From positions 163,432,001 to 163,496,000 of the forward strand of contig OZ024743.1 of assembly GCA_964016885.1 (NCBI GenBank): a stretch of 64,000 nt of DNA. The letters are read 5' to 3'. Numbering within the stretch: the first letter of the stretch is position 1; each line of letters begins with the position of its first letter. Below, piece by piece: positions 1 through 13,508 of this stretch. A program made the translations under genes and the position numbers. The stretch is from Eledone cirrhosa (lineage: Eukaryota). A model generated the notes under the pieces. It made no database searches and was not told where the DNA came from. It saw only the letters and a list, made by a program, of their open reading frames with translations.

Positions 1-315
1 CTTCAATTTTGTGAGCAGTGCATTTGGCACACTGTACAAACGTGTTTGGAACAATAAACACTTGAAGAATGGAACCAAGATCAGAGTGTACAGAGCCATA
101 GTCCTTACTACCCTCCTCTATGATTCAGAGTCGTGGGTCACTTATTGCCCCTACCTTTGACTCTTCAAGCACTTCCACCAGTGCTGCCTCTGCACCATTC
201 TCAACATTCACTGGAGAGACTTTGTCACCAATGTTGATGTCCTTGAATGGGCAGAAGTCACCAGCATCGATGCCATGCTGCTGAAGTCCCAACTACACTG
301 AGTAGGGCACATCCC
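1..315 (+). mobile_element. RTE-clade LINE ORF2 C-terminal fragment
   Basis: Manual translation gives SSAFGTLYKRVWNNKHLKNGTKIRVYRAIVLTTLLYDSESW...ILNIHWRDFVTNVDVL...QLH*VGH, the typical RTE post-RT region, with stops. Confidence 0.85.
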
Positions 316-425
316 CATAAAGGGGGAAACTTCTGAGGGTCACTCGTGGCGAAAACCACACAAAAGATCACAGCCATCCTGACCACCAGGACAAGCGCCC
401 TCTCTCAGTTTTCCCACTCCTCAGT

Positions 426-3400
426 CTACAGGCGCATTCTCAGAGCGGGCCCATTCACTCGGACCAGACTTGCCACTTTCACCCACCTTTCAACAAACTT
501 ACTAGAAGACAGCACTTGCCTCTCCACCCTGATTTTCCTCTTCAAGTGAAACTTGAAAAAGTTAATCAGGGATTGGCCGAAGAGGAAAGTGTCCGTCTTC
601 AACCCTTTCAACCTTGTCCACAACACAATCTAATTCGCCATGGCCACCAGGCAGATGAAAACTGCCTGCCCTTCCTCCTCTTTAAAAGAGGATGGCGGGA
701 CTATCTGAACAATGAACTCAGTCAATAACCGGATCTGTCCTACACGCGACAGCAACTGTTCGACATAGCTCCACAAGTCAGCAATCCTTGGGCACTGAAT
801 GAATGCATGCAGGACGGTTTCGTCGCCCTGCGCGCATCTCGGACAGGCTTGGTTGACAGCACCTCCGTGCCTGTAGAGCTTATCCCGAACCGGCAACACT
901 CCCCGGTAGCACTGCCAGGCCAGGGATTTCTGGAAGTTGTCCATAGGCCCTGGGCTGAAAGTTCTTTTGAAGAGAGCGAACAGCTGATTGTCTTCGATGC
1001 CCAGGGTCTTCCCGAAAACGTTGTTACTCTTCTCCTCCACTAGCTCTCCATAGAACGCTGAGCTGGATGTTCCACTGTTACTAGTGCCTAGCTGGTAGAG
1101 GGCGGTGAGTGCTTGGAGATATTCCAGTTTCCAAGCGCTATCCCTCGGTCTTTTCCTGATCCAGGACTACAGTTCCGTCAAGGAGACAAGCTGGGGAAAA
1201 GCGCGTCTAGCAAACGCTGACCACACCTGTTCACTGTCAAGGAAGCACCAGAGATGTCGCAGCGTCAGCACATGTTTGCGCATCATCAGCCACAGCATGC
1301 CCAGTCCTCCACGCAATGGGTGCTGACAGCAAATGGATCATCTGACCATGGGAGCACGTCCCTTCCACAAAAAATGGAAGAGTAGGTGCTCCATTTTGGT
1401 CAGAGTTGGGAGCAAGGTATGACGGTCAGGTGGTAGCAGATGATGGACGCGATTTACGCATTCACCACCTCCTCCCGATCTTTCAGAGACAGCTTCCTCT
1501 TGGCCCATTACTGGGTGAGAAAGGCCACCTTGCTCGTCGACTCACTCTGGACCGAACCAGACTCCAAGCAATTTAACCGGTCCTTCCATCCAGCGTCCCA
1601 TGACGCTGTTGGACAGCATTGACTTGCCTCTTCAGGTGCCGAGTTGCAAACCCACTGACATTCCTGGTTTATCTTTGCTCCTGTCACCGCTTCATATTCC
1701 TTGAGAGCGGTGCCAAGCAGCCAGGCACTGGTGGTCGACCCTATCAAATGCTTTAGATTGATTCAAGCTGATCAGGGCCCCACCCGTGCCAGGTTCCTTA
1801 ACCACCCTCTCTATGATGTAATACAAGAGATGGAGGTTGTCGTGGATGGATCTATCTGGAATGGCACATGTCTGCGCCTCTCCCACCAGATCACCGACAA
1901 CAAGCGCCAATCTCTTTGCTACACCTTGGCCAAAATCTTGAACTCTGCGTTTAGCAGAGTTATGGGCCTGAAGTTGTCTATAACGTCCCCCTTTGTTCAG
2001 GTCTTTTCTCAGCAGCGCCACCGCCCCTCGGCTCACAAAACTGGGAATGCTCCCGTTCTGCTGCCAGTTGCAGTAGACATCTGCCAAGAAGTCGCCAAAC
2101 AAGTCTGGCATATACGCATAAAGCTCGTAGGGCAAACCATCCAAACCTGGCGATTTACCCCTCGTTGAGTCAGACATCGCTTCCTGTATTTCACCTGCTG
2201 TTATCGGCTTTTCGCAACACTGCGCTGAGGTCGTCGAGAGCCGTGACAGTCTGTCGAGGTATGCACCAAAGTCCATACTCCGACCCGACCCGCCGCCGCT
2301 CCCGAACAATTGAGCAAAGTGTCGAAAAGCCGCACGCATCTGCTCAGGTTCGAGCAGCACGCGACCATCAGACAAAGACTGAATTGTGGATTTGTTTCCA
2401 CATCGCGCCTCCACCACCCAGGCCCATTGAATGGCTTTCGTCCCATCGTGTCTCAGAGCATGCGCTCTAGCTCTGACAACACAGCCTTCCTGCTTTGGTC
2501 GAATGCCAATCTCGCCACAAGCACGTCGGTTGCGATGCCTGTCCTAAACGCCTCTTCTTGCTTTCTAACTAACTCTCCTTCTACTCTATTTTCCTCTATC
2601 ACTACTCCTTTGCTAAACCTTATCGATTCAACTCTAATAGCCCTTTTCAGGGTAAACCACCACCTGTTGTTGATGATCGCACCCATCAACGCACGCTTAA
2701 CTAATTCGCTAATCCGGTCTCTGTAAGCTTTGCGCGCCTGGAAAGACGCGTTCAGCTTCCAGTAGCCAGGTCCTTGCCTATGGAGTCTATCTAAGTCAAC
2801 TTCACAGATCACAAATTTGTGGTCCATATAATCGACTACTTTAAATTGTGGACAACCTACACTAGCCTTATCTGTTTCCCTACAGAATACCCTATCTAAA
2901 TACGATCTGGATGACCCGATGCAGTTTGCCCATGTCCACATTGGCACATTCGGATAATCCAGTCTATACCTGTCAGACAGTTCGAAACGTCTGAACAGGT
3001 TGTTGAGGTTTTTACACCATCCTCCCCTGTCTACTAACCCCACATAATCCCAGCATGCATCTAAGATACCATTCCATTTGCCCACTAACACTAACGAGCG
3101 GGACGTTCCAAGAAAGTCTGAAGAAATCTGGCTGTCCTGCCCCTGTTGGGGCGTAGACGGCTACTAGACTGAAAGCATTGCCTTCACTGCAGGTCACGTC
3201 CAGCACCACCGACTTGCCTTCTGGATCCAGGAAGATGGCTAACGTGGCGAGATCCAAGCCTCTCCGAAAAAGTACAGCAACTCCTCCCCCCGATCCCGGA
3301 TGGCTGGGAGATGCGTATACATCGTAGCCGCCGAAGATCGGTGTGAAGGCTCGTACTTTGGAGATTCTGGTCTCGCTGATGGCCACCACATCTATGTTTA

Positions 3401-3488
3401 GTGACCTGAGGTCGTTGAGCAGGTGACCCTGCTTCCAAGATGATTCCAGGCTACCTACATTTACACTGCCTGTTCTGAGTATGGCCAT
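426..3488 (-). pseudogene. Frameshifted Tx1-like ORF2 (AP endonuclease, reverse transcriptase, CCHC zinc finger)
   Basis: Motifs GSVNVGSL, DVVAISET, VYAPT, SYLDR, YMDH, GPGYWKLN, KSPGLDGLPYELY, KAFDRVDH and CPRC..ETVLHAFIQC; multiple frameshifts. Confidence 0.9.
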
Positions 3489-3573
3489 GTTGCATGAGGA
3501 ATGGGGTAAGTGAGAAAGGATCACTTACCTTGATCGTGTGGGGAAGGGACAGTAGAACCGTCCCTTCGGCTGA

Positions 3574-5403
3574 TCACGAGAGTCTCCAAGATGATATCTG
3601 TATAGATTCTCTTGGAGAGTGACCCCTGAAATCTCCAACGCAGTTGGGGAATTTTTGCTTTAATTGTTTATAGTCTTCCAGTTTAATGTCGGCAATTGTA
3701 ATGTTGTGGGGTAATGTTCTTGGTGTTAGTGGAGTGGGGTAATTTAAGTCTGTAATATCTGTGTGCTGTCTTATATGTTCCATTAATCTTTTGTGTGCGA
3801 TGTTTATGGCTGTGCACTTTTTTTGTGTGTGGGGGAGGGGGGTTCTTTTTGTTGCTGTTGGGTGTGTGTGTGCTTTGTTGTGTTTGCGATGTTGCTGTTT
3901 GTGGTGATGCTGGTGGTGGTGTTGCTGCAAGTCTTCTTGCAGCCGTTACCCCTCTTTCTTTGCTTTCACTTTTGGAGGGAGAAGCTGTGGTGTTTTTGCG
4001 TTTGTTCTTTTTGTTGACAACCGTTTTCCACTCCTCTGCCATCTCATACTCCATGTCCGACTGTGAGAGGTCGTGGAGGGGTATGAGTTCTACCCTCTCA
4101 TTTGTCTTTTTTGTTGTTGTTGTTGGTGGTGGTGGTGGTGGTGGTCGTCGTGGTGGTGGAGCCTGGTTTGCCGTTCTTGGCACAGGTGCAGCTAGTGCAA
4201 CTGTTTCTGTTGCTGCAGTTGCCGCTGCTGTTTTTGTTGTCCATGGCTTTGGAGTGGGTGCCACGGATGTTGTCTTCCTACTCTCTGTAGAAGCTCCTGA
4301 CTTTTTCGCTGACTGCTCTGTTTCTGATGGCAGTGGTTCCGGCGTTGGAAGGAGGGGGACCTTCGCTTTTGTTATTTTCTCCGGCTGAAGGCCCTGAGGT
4401 GAGACTTCGATCCACAGTTGAAGAACGTTGGGCGCCTTCCTTTCACAGATATGGGGAGTTGGGAGCCATTCCCGAGGTCTAATATGTTGGGAATAGCGCT
4501 GATGCAGTCCTGGTCAGTGTGGATGATCTCCATTCCAATACCGGACCAGTGCTCTCTCCCCAACTTCTGTACCTGCAGAATGGTTGTTCTATCCTCGATG
4601 CTTGCAAGAACAGACGCAACCAGCCAAGGCACGGGTACGTAGGGCGGAACCTGGGTTACTCTGACCTTTGCAATTTTTTCCAGGACTAACGTTATGTCAT
4701 CACTTTGTAGGGTCCTCAGTGAGTGCGATTTTGTTTCCTGGGTGGTAGCAAAAAGGACGTGCACAGTAGCATATTTCTTGCCTCGGGTGATGTGGGTTTT
4801 CCGTGTCCACACAGTTCCCAAGGCCTTCTGGACTTGGGCCTCCATGGCTCTCTCCACACAACGTGTTTCCATAGCAATCGTGCGGTATGACACTGTGTGT
4901 CGTTCTTGTTCCTCCAGGAAGTCGGTTGGTGGTTTCAAGGACACTGAAAATTCAGTTCTGGTTACCATGTGTCTTGCGACCGCCATCTCCTCCTCTGTGA
5001 CCAGGACTGTTTCTATGTTGCGAGCCACCTTTGTAAAAGAGATGGTCTCTTTTTCAGTGGCATCATTGTTGCCACCGCTACTGCTGCTACTGGTCTTGTT
5101 GTTTGTGCTGTTGCTGTTGCTACTGCTACAAACGGTGTTGTTGGTGTTATTGCTGTTATCACTGTTGCAGTTGATTGTGTCTTTGGTGACGCCATTGTTG
5201 TTGTTCTCAGTGCAATTTGTATTGTTGCTGTTGGTGTTGTCACTATTTGTTTTCTTGTTAGTGGTGTTAATATTGTTGTTACATTTGTTGTCATTTTTTC
5301 TGTTGTCTGTATTTTGGTTGTTGCTGTTACTTTTGTGATAGGAGTGGTCTTTTTTTTCAAAATTAGTGTTCTCAGTGTTGTTGTCATTGTTGTCTTTGTT
5401 CAC
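3574..5403 (-). pseudogene. Tx1-like ORF1 (Asn/Thr-rich N-terminus, degenerate zinc knuckle, Pro/Thr-rich tail)
   Basis: Lies directly upstream of the APE ORF; GRRPTFFNCGSKSHLRAF resembles a CCHC knuckle with lost cysteines. Confidence 0.7.
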
Positions 5404-5722
5404 GTTGTTTGTGGTAGTGTTTGTTGTATCAATTTCTGTGTTCGCCGTACGTCATTGTCATATGACAGCAGACATATCGCTGGGGCGTGTGGCTCAGCCA
5501 TGTTTTTTTATTTCGATAATTTTTAAATGTAAAAAGTTCAAATATTTGAGCCAAAAAGCCCAAATATTATACTTTCCCCTTCACAGGGCAAAGTCCAAGG
5601 GCCTATATTCCTTACACAACAACAAAAATTTAACAATAAATAATTATGATAGGTAAATATAGAGACTTACGAGAGCGAGCAAAAAGACGTCCAATCAGAC
5701 CAATAATAATAATAATAATAAT

Positions 5723-5829
5723 AATTGTTTCTACTTTTGGCACAAGGCCAGCAATTACCTAGTCTATTACTGGTACTTTATTTTATCGACCCCGTAAGGA
5801 TGAAAGGCAAAGTTAACCTCGGCGGGATA
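5723..5829 (-). mobile_element. SINE family A, 3' fragment
   Basis: Shares ttgtttctacttttggcacaaggccagc...tatcgaccccgtaaggatgaaaggcaaag with copies at 6578, 6790, 14375, 46068 and 63225; (AAT)n tail. Confidence 0.8.
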
Positions 5830-5839
5830 ATAATAATAA

Positions 5840-6560
5840 GCCAATGTGATCAGAAATAGAGCTGATGCAAAGTGTCGATTCTGTGATGACCATGTTGAAA
5901 TTATTGATCATCTGGTTTCAGGCTGCAAGGTATTAGCTCCCCAGGAATATAAATTGAGGCGTGATAAAGTGGGGAAATAGTTACACTAGGTAATGTGCAG
6001 ATTCTGTTGTCTGAAAACAGAGGGAAAATGGAACAACCATCACCCAGATGCAGTAACAGGAGGCAAGAACATAACAATCCTATAGGATTTCCCTGTGAAC
6101 ATTGACCAATCAGACCTGATATAACTGTAAAGGACTATAAAGAAAAAAAATATGTTTCTTAATTGACATGAGCATTAAATCAGATCGTAACATCTCTTCA
6201 AAAGAGTTTGGAAAGCTCAGTAAGTATAAAGATCTATGAATCGAAATTGAGAAAATGTAGCATCTTAAGGCATGTACATTACCAGTGACAATCGGTACAC
6301 TTGGAATGATAAAAAAAGGGTACTGAAAATTATTTGGACCAGATACCTGGTAAGCTATCTCTGCAAGAGATATAGAAATAGTGCCGACTGGTACTGCCCA
6401 TGTCCTAAGAAGGGCATTATCAATTTTAAAACCATTTACTGTTGTTTGTGCCCCTGTGACATCATTTATGTGACAATTGATTGTAAAATGTATGTATTAT
6501 CAAATTTTACCTCAGGTGCCAGGTTGACACTTGACATGATTTGGAAAGAAGCAGAACTCA
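5840..6560 (+). mobile_element. R4/Dong-like LINE 3' fragment (CCHC plus restriction-like endonuclease)
   Basis: Manual translation across frames: CRFCDDHVEIIDHLVSGCKVLAPQEYKLRRDKVG...RPDI...FLIDMSI...KLSKYKDL*IEIEKM...PVTIGTLG. Confidence 0.8.
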
Positions 6561-6575
6561 AAGGAAGTTTCAAAT

Positions 6576-6945
6576 AATAATTGTTTCTACTTTTGGCACA
6601 AGGACAGCAATTATCCCAGTGTATTACTGGTACTTTATTTTATCGACCCCGTAAGGATGAAAGGCAAAGTTAATCTCAACGGGATTTGAACTCAAACCGT
6701 AAAGGGATATAACTATGCTAGAAAGCATGGCGTCCAACCCTCTACTGATACTGCCAATTCACCGTCTTAAACTTTCAAATAATAATAATAATTGTTTCTA
6801 CTTTACGCACAAGGCCAGCAATTTGCAGGGAGAGGGAAAGTCAATTACATCGACCCCAGTGCATTATTGGTGCTTTATTTTATCGACCCCATAAGGATGA
6901 AAGATAACGCTAAACTTGGCGGGATTTGAACTCAGAACATAAAAA
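6576..6945 (-). mobile_element. Two tandem SINE family A copies
   Basis: Repeated SINE core; the reverse complement has a B-box-like gagttcaaatccc and an (ATT)n tail. Confidence 0.8.
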
Positions 6946-7163
6946 TCTGTAATTCTATGTTATCTGGTTATTTTTAACACTTCATTTCAAAGACTGTTTG
7001 AAATGTTGTGCAACCCTTGCTGACACAATACTGTATACTCTAAGGATCATCTCTATTGCTTTACAATTTACATTACTTCGTCAACAACTCACCCCACTGC
7101 CTACTAGTCATCGTTATCTACTTATTTTTGGTGGCATATATATATATAAATATATATATATAT

Positions 7164-7206
<43 letters not shown>

Positions 7207-7779
7207 TACACACATACATATATATGTGTGTGTATGGTGGGTTTCCACCAGTTATTTTTGAAGTTTGTTTTTTTCTCCTTTGTCCTCATTTTCTTCTTTT
7301 TATCACTTCTATTTTCTTGTTATTTTCCCTCTTTTTCTTTTATTTATTGTATTTATTTATTTCCAGATGGTGTTGATAAGAAATCAGCTTTGGTGTACTG
7401 ACAAGGTTATCTAATTGATTCCAAGATTAACAGTAGTGAGCTGAGGTCAAATGTTAGCAAACACAACACACATTCAACTTATTAAGATCACTTAACAAAT
7501 TTCAATTACTGACAGATTCCCTCACCCGCTTCACTATTTTTAAACATATAATTCAGTCATCCTTCGTTTTAAGATCACAGACAACTTCTGATAATTTCTG
7601 TGAATGAAAATGATATTTAAAATATAAATATATATCAAGATAAACATTTCAGATAAAGAATCTTGCTAAACAAATTCAGAAACGAAAGATAAACATAATT
7701 CATACCTTAGAAAATATATGTTTGTAAAATATACATTATTAAGGAAGTTATGAGGAAACAAAGTCAGGTGAGGGCACTA

Positions 7780-10360
7780 AATTATAGGTATGTCATTTTA
7801 TGCATGTACATGTGTATATACTTTTTGACATCCAGGTCTGACTCCATGTTTGGAATGAATTTCCTCAGTACAGTAAGTGGAGTGCCGTAGACCATTTCCA
7901 AAGATGAAGTGTTAAGGTCTTTCTTTAGGTTAGTGCAGATTCCCAGCATCACCCATGGAAGTTGGTTGATCCTGTTGGGCCCATTAAGTCTAGTGGTGAG
8001 GGATTCCTTCAAAGGGCAGTGAAATCTCTCCACTAAGTCGTTGGCCTCAGGGTGATAGGCTGTTGTGTGTTTCATGCTGATGCCTAAAAGGTCACTCATG
8101 TCACTCCACAGCTTCAAGATCAGATGAGATGCTATCTAGGACACTGATATGTGCGACCCATTTGTAACAAAGGTGCAAGTGATTTCCTGTGTTTCAGTGC
8201 TGTGGGGAGATATGGCCTCAGGCCAATGAGTGAAGTGGTCCACCATGGTAAATTGGTATGAACAACTCGGCGAAGGTGGTAGGAGGCCAATGAGGTCAAT
8301 GTTAGCATGGCTGAAACAGGCCTGTGGAGGTTCATAGTTGCCGAGAGGTGTTTTGGTATGCTGATGGACTTTAGTTTGTTGGCAGACGATACAGGTTTTG
8401 ATGCACTCCCAACTTACTTGGCTATACTATGCCAGACAAATTTGTGTGACAGGCACTGTGGGGCTCTAGTACCCAGGTGGGAGAGTCTGTGAATGATGTG
8501 AAAATCTTTTCCGCAAAGCTAATGGAACAATTGGTTGTGGTTTCCTGTTGGATACATCGCAAAGAAGGGTTGTTCCATTGGAGTTAAAATGTATATCCTG
8601 CTAGGAAAGGGAAATGATGTCATCATCTCTTTGTTGAGTTAAAGCCATAAACTCATAGTCAAGACCTATTATTGAGTCAACAGGGGCTCTAGAGAGTGCA
8701 TCAGTAACTGGGTTGCTTTTTCTAGATATGTGCTGAATATCAGTAGTGTACTCAGAACTGTCACTGCTGACATGCAGACTATGGCTCTGATAGTTTGTTC
8801 ATAGCGAAGGTTTGTGGTTTGTGGTCTGTGAACATAGTGAAAGATTGACCTTCCAGTAAACACAGCTAACAGTTCCTTGTCGAAAGCATTATATTTCAGG
8901 TGGTCATAGTCGTCAACTGAAAAATGCTAGAAGTCACCACTGACCATTGATGTATTCTTACAAAACGCATACAATAGCTGTATCAGAGGTATCCACTGTG
9001 AGTGGTTTGATGCTGACATATAAGGTTGGGAAAACATGGTTGCTTTAGCAAGAGCTTCTTTTGTGGATTCAAAGACTGAGGTCATTGCACTCCACCTGTT
9101 TTTTTAAACTTTTTCCTGTTAGCCTTTTGTACAGTGGTCTCATCAACCATGCTGCAGAAGGGATGAAACAATGATAAAAGTATACCATTCCTACAAATTG
9201 GTGAAAAGCCTCTCTTGTGGTGGAATGTGGAAAGGGTAAGATAGCTTTCGCTTTTTCTGGTAGGAGTGTAGACCCAGTACCTCTGATTCAATGCCCAAGA
9301 AAGTTAATTTCTTTAACACCAATGACACAATTGGCAGGGTTGACTACAAAACTGAATTGTTCAAGCCTATCAAAAAGAGTTAACAGATGCTTCTTGTGAA
9401 GTTCTGCATTTTGAGTTGCAATGATGATGTCATCAAGGTATAAAAAAACGAAGTCTAGACCCATGTATATAGAGTCCATCAAACATTGAAAGGATTGGGC
9501 TGCATTTTTTTAGCCTGAAAGGTGTATGTAAAAATTCATACTGTCAGAAAGAAGTGATAACGGTTGTCTTAGGAATATCATCATCTTGTACAGATATTTG
9601 GTGATAACCTTAGATGAGGTTGATTTATTGAGAAAATTGAACACCTGGCTAACTGAGCAGAGAAGTCTTGTGTATGTGGAATATGGTAGCGGTCAGGTAT
9701 AGTACTCATGTTGAGATGGTGATAATTCCCGCAAGGTCGCCAACCACTATTGGGTTTTGGTGCCACATGTAGAGGTGATGACCAAGGATGTTTGATAAAA
9801 AAAAATGATGCCCAAAGCTTACATATTATCAAACTTGGCTGTCGCAATGGCAAGTTTTACCAGTGGTAGATGTCACACAGGGCTGTGTACGGGAGGACCA
9901 ATGGTTGGAATGTGATGTTTTCTCTGTGGGCAGTTGTGGATTTAGAGTATGTCAGGGTTGAAAGATTCAGATGGTTCAAAAAGAGGTCCAAGAACTCATT
10001 CCTGGTCTGAGAGACAGCTGCTATGTGAGGGGCCATATGTGCAGATGTTCCCAGAGGAACAGAGGTATACTTGTTGCTGTTGATGAGTTGTCTCACTTGA
10101 AGATCAACCAGCAGTGAACAGACCTGAGGGAAGTCTGCTTTGACAGACTGATGGACATCAACGACAGTGAATGCTCATGTATATTCCTGTGAGCCTACGT
10201 GAAGTGAGAGAATGTGACATCCATACATTTTGATTGTGGAACCATTGGCAGCTGCCAAAGTTTGACCTCACTATCCGTAACGCAGGTCCTTTGTGGATGC
10301 CAGTATGACACTGACTTCTACTCCTCTGTCAATTAGGAATCATTATCTGGCGACTTAGTA
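7780..10360 (-). mobile_element. Decayed Ty3/Gypsy pol (protease, RT, RNase H, integrase)
   Basis: Motifs WSSPLHVAPKPNSGWRPCGNY..LN, FLYLDDIII, INFLGH and TTAYHPEANDLVERFH..LK..WVMLG, in Gypsy domain order. No LTRs seen. Confidence 0.9.
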
Positions 10361-10369
10361 ACTTCCTGA

Positions 10370-12108
10370 CATCCTACTAAAGCCTTTCCTAAAACATATA
10401 CAGAGTTTGGGATGACCTTGATATGCTGAACCACCTACCAAAAACAGTAAGTGAAGACACAATTCTTGTCTCCTTTGATGTAGTAAGCTTTTACACTAAC
10501 ATACCCCCACAACTATGGAATAACGGCAATCCAGTACTGGCTAGACACTCACCGATCTGAAATACCAACACACATAACAAAAAACTTTATTATTGACGGA
10601 CTCCAATTTATTTTACAGAATAATTATTTTACTTTCAATGGTTCAACATACCAACAAATCTCAGGAATGGCTACAGAGGTAGCCCCTACATATGCCAACT
10701 TATTCAAGGGATTCCACAAACAAAAAATCTACAAACAATCCCTACTACTATTCGGAGACTCTTTCCTTACACATCTCAAAAACAATTGGAAGAGATACCT
10801 AGTTGATTGCTTTATACTTTGGCAGGAAAACATGAACACACTCACTCTTTTCAAAAATATGATAAACAACATAAACAATAATATACACTTCACAATGGAA
10901 TCCAACTCCAAGGAATTAGCCTTCTTGGATATCCTTATTTTAAAAACAGATAAGAAAATTGAAACAGACATCTTTTATAAGCCCACGGACTTCAAACAGT
11001 ACCTCAAACAGTACCTCTTCACATCAAGTCACCCAAAACATACAAAACTTAACATTCCTTTTAACTTAGTCAAATGTATATGCACCATAGTATCAGACCC
11101 AACTAAACAGGAACAAATACTAAATGAACTAAAAAATATACTTATCTTAAGAGCCTTCCCACTTGATATAATTAATAACGGAATAGACTTAGCAAAACAC
11201 GCAGATTTTCATCAACTTAACAATCAAAACCACATAACTACAAACAATACCTTACCATATGTATCCACCTTCAACACCAGAACCACCGACATGTTCGACC
11301 AACTACACAAAAACCTCCTCATTCTATTTGAAGATGAAAAAATGGAAAACATCCTAGAAACACACAAGATCATTAAAAGTAAAAGGCAACCCAAATCACT
11401 AAAATACATTCTCACTGGAACAAATATACACAAACCAATCTCCGACCCTATGGTTACAAAATGCAGAAGAACAAACTGTGGCACATGCCTATACTTAATT
11501 GAAGGACAAAAATTCACATTTAAAGTTGGCCAAACTTTTACAGTGAAAGACAACTTCACCTGCAACTCAGAGACCCTGATCTACATAATAACATGCTGTT
11601 GGTGTCGATATAACTACATATAATAGATGGGTGTGTCATTATGCAAAAGAGTGATCATCCATGGTAAAAAAATCTGAGACATTAAACACAAGAAAAATCC
11701 CCTTGAGTAGCCATATTGCAGATTGTGCAGGAATGACTCTACTCAGACTCAGACTCAGAAGCTCCCGCGTCTTGCGACGCATGAGGCAATCATAGTGTTC
11801 CGTCGTGTTCGGTCAGCAGCCAGTTGCACAGCATCCCACCATTGTCTGTTTGTCGCTCGCAGGTCCCTCTCAACTGTCTGGCGCCAGTTCATTTTGGGAA
11901 TGACCCTACCCAATTTTAAAATCTTCCCCCTTTATAAGTGCTCAGATTCTTTCACACAACAACAAAGAATAAATAAAGAAAACCTATTTCTTAACAAATA
12001 TAAACAAAAATTAAATATGTAATCGCCCCCATTAGATTATACATAAGGACCTATTAATTAAGCACACACGCATATACAAAGAAATCGATACATTTGCACA
12101 CATGCCCT
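10370..12108 (+). mobile_element. Penelope-like element (RT plus GIY-YIG), decayed
   Basis: SFDVVSFYTNIP, MATEVAPTYANLF, TDIFYKPTD, SHPKH, C..CGTC, FTC.SETLIYIITC..C.YNYI. Confidence 0.88.
11740..11900 (-). mobile_element. Short RTE 3' end inserted in the PLE
   Basis: GC-richer insert that interrupts the GIY-YIG region; ends in an (actcag)n tandem tail. The minus strand reads NWRQTVERDLR..WWDAVQLAADRTRR. Confidence 0.65.
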
Positions 12109-13508
12109 TCAGGCTATAACAGTGGAATTCAAGACCGGCTGCCCATGGGAACTCCTATACGCAGATGATCTAACGTTCATAGCTGAATCAATGGCTGAAC
12201 TAGAGAAGAAATTCCAAACATGGAAGCATGGCCTAGAATCAAAAGGCCTTAAAATTAACCCGTCTAAGACTAAAGTTCTAGTTTGTAGGAAGGAAAATAG
12301 GGCACCGGTCTCACCCGGGAAATGGCCATGCTCAGTGTGTAGGAAAGGAGTAGGTAGAAACTCCATTTTATGTCCCAAATGCAAAGTATGGGTGCATAAA
12401 AGATGTAGTGGGATCACAGGTAAGCTAACTAAGAATATAGATTTTATATGTGGCCGGTGCTCTGGTGCAATAAGTGGCAGCAAGTGCCCACAGAATACTA
12501 GCTCATTCCATTGCACAGATGGTTCTATAGAAATAGTGGACACCTTCCGTTACTTGGGTGACAAAATCAGCAGTGGTGGAGGGTGCTCTGAAAGTACAGT
12601 AGCTAGAGTCAGAACTGGATGGAAAAAGTTCAGAGAGCTTATACCACTATTAGCCGCTAAAGGGTTCTCTCTAAATATGAAAGGTAGGCTGTATGATGCC
12701 TGCATACGAACAGCAATGTTACATGGCAGTGAGACTGGGGCATTGTGTGGAGAGGATATACGCAGACTAGAGAGGAATGAAGCTTGCATGCTCCGCTGGA
12801 TGTGTAATAGTAATATACGTGAACGGCAAAGCATAAACGAACTAAGGGAAAAATTAGAAATAAGAGGGATCAGATGTTGTTTACTCGAGAGAAGACTACG
12901 TTGGTATGGTCATGTGATGCGCATGAAAGACGACAGCTGTATAAAAAAGTGCAGGGCAATAAAAATAGACGGTAGCCACAGAGTAGGCAGACCCAGAAAA
13001 ACTTGGGATGACTTGATAAATTCCGACCTCACACACTTACACCTCTCCAAGACAATGTCACTGGACCGAGATCTTTGGTGCTACACAGTAATACAGAAGA
13101 CCTGCCTTACCTAAGTACAAAGTGAAACCTACTACAGTCAGTAGGCACCTCTAACAAAAATATACCCCCGTCCCACTACCCCCACCCCATCCGCACCACC
13201 CCTTTCAATGTAAAGTTATGTTGGTACCACAACATCCAGTCCGAAACAAATGAGGTCGTGTAGGTGTCACAACAAAAAAACACACAGTCCACGCTGTAAT
13301 GTGGCCGTGTAGGCAACACGGTAAAAACTTCCCAGTCCACACTGTAAATGTGGTTGGTGTTAGGAAGGGCATCCTGCCGTAGAAAACCCACCAGACAGTC
13401 CTATGCGAGCAACACAACCACTCTTGCCTCAAGTGGGAAAACTCCCGTCCAAACCCATGCAAGCGTGGAAGATGGACGTTAAACGATGATGATGATGATG
13501 ATGATGAT
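12109..13508 (+). mobile_element. 5'-truncated RTE/RTEX-like LINE with PHD finger in ORF2, 3'UTR and (GAT)n tail
   Basis: ORF 12122-13114 is open: WELLYADDL, C4HC3 finger, FRYLG, LRWYGHVMR, GRPRKTW. Possible TSD acacatg at about 12098 and 13509. Confidence 0.9.

Larger units (their letters stand above)
316..5700 (-). mobile_element. Near full-length, decayed L1/Tx1-type non-LTR retrotransposon (5'UTR, ORF1, APE-RT ORF2)
   Basis: Minus-strand ORFs are colinear: ORF1 (4372-5403, 3683-4264), APE (3012-3524, 2453-3091), RT (1692-2417, 1508-1747) and CCHC C-terminus (630-1040, 426-626). Confidence 0.9.

Noticed and set aside
3793-5656. Long hydrophobic plus-strand ORFs
   Set aside because: They are the antisense of the AAC/ACC-rich Tx1 ORF1.
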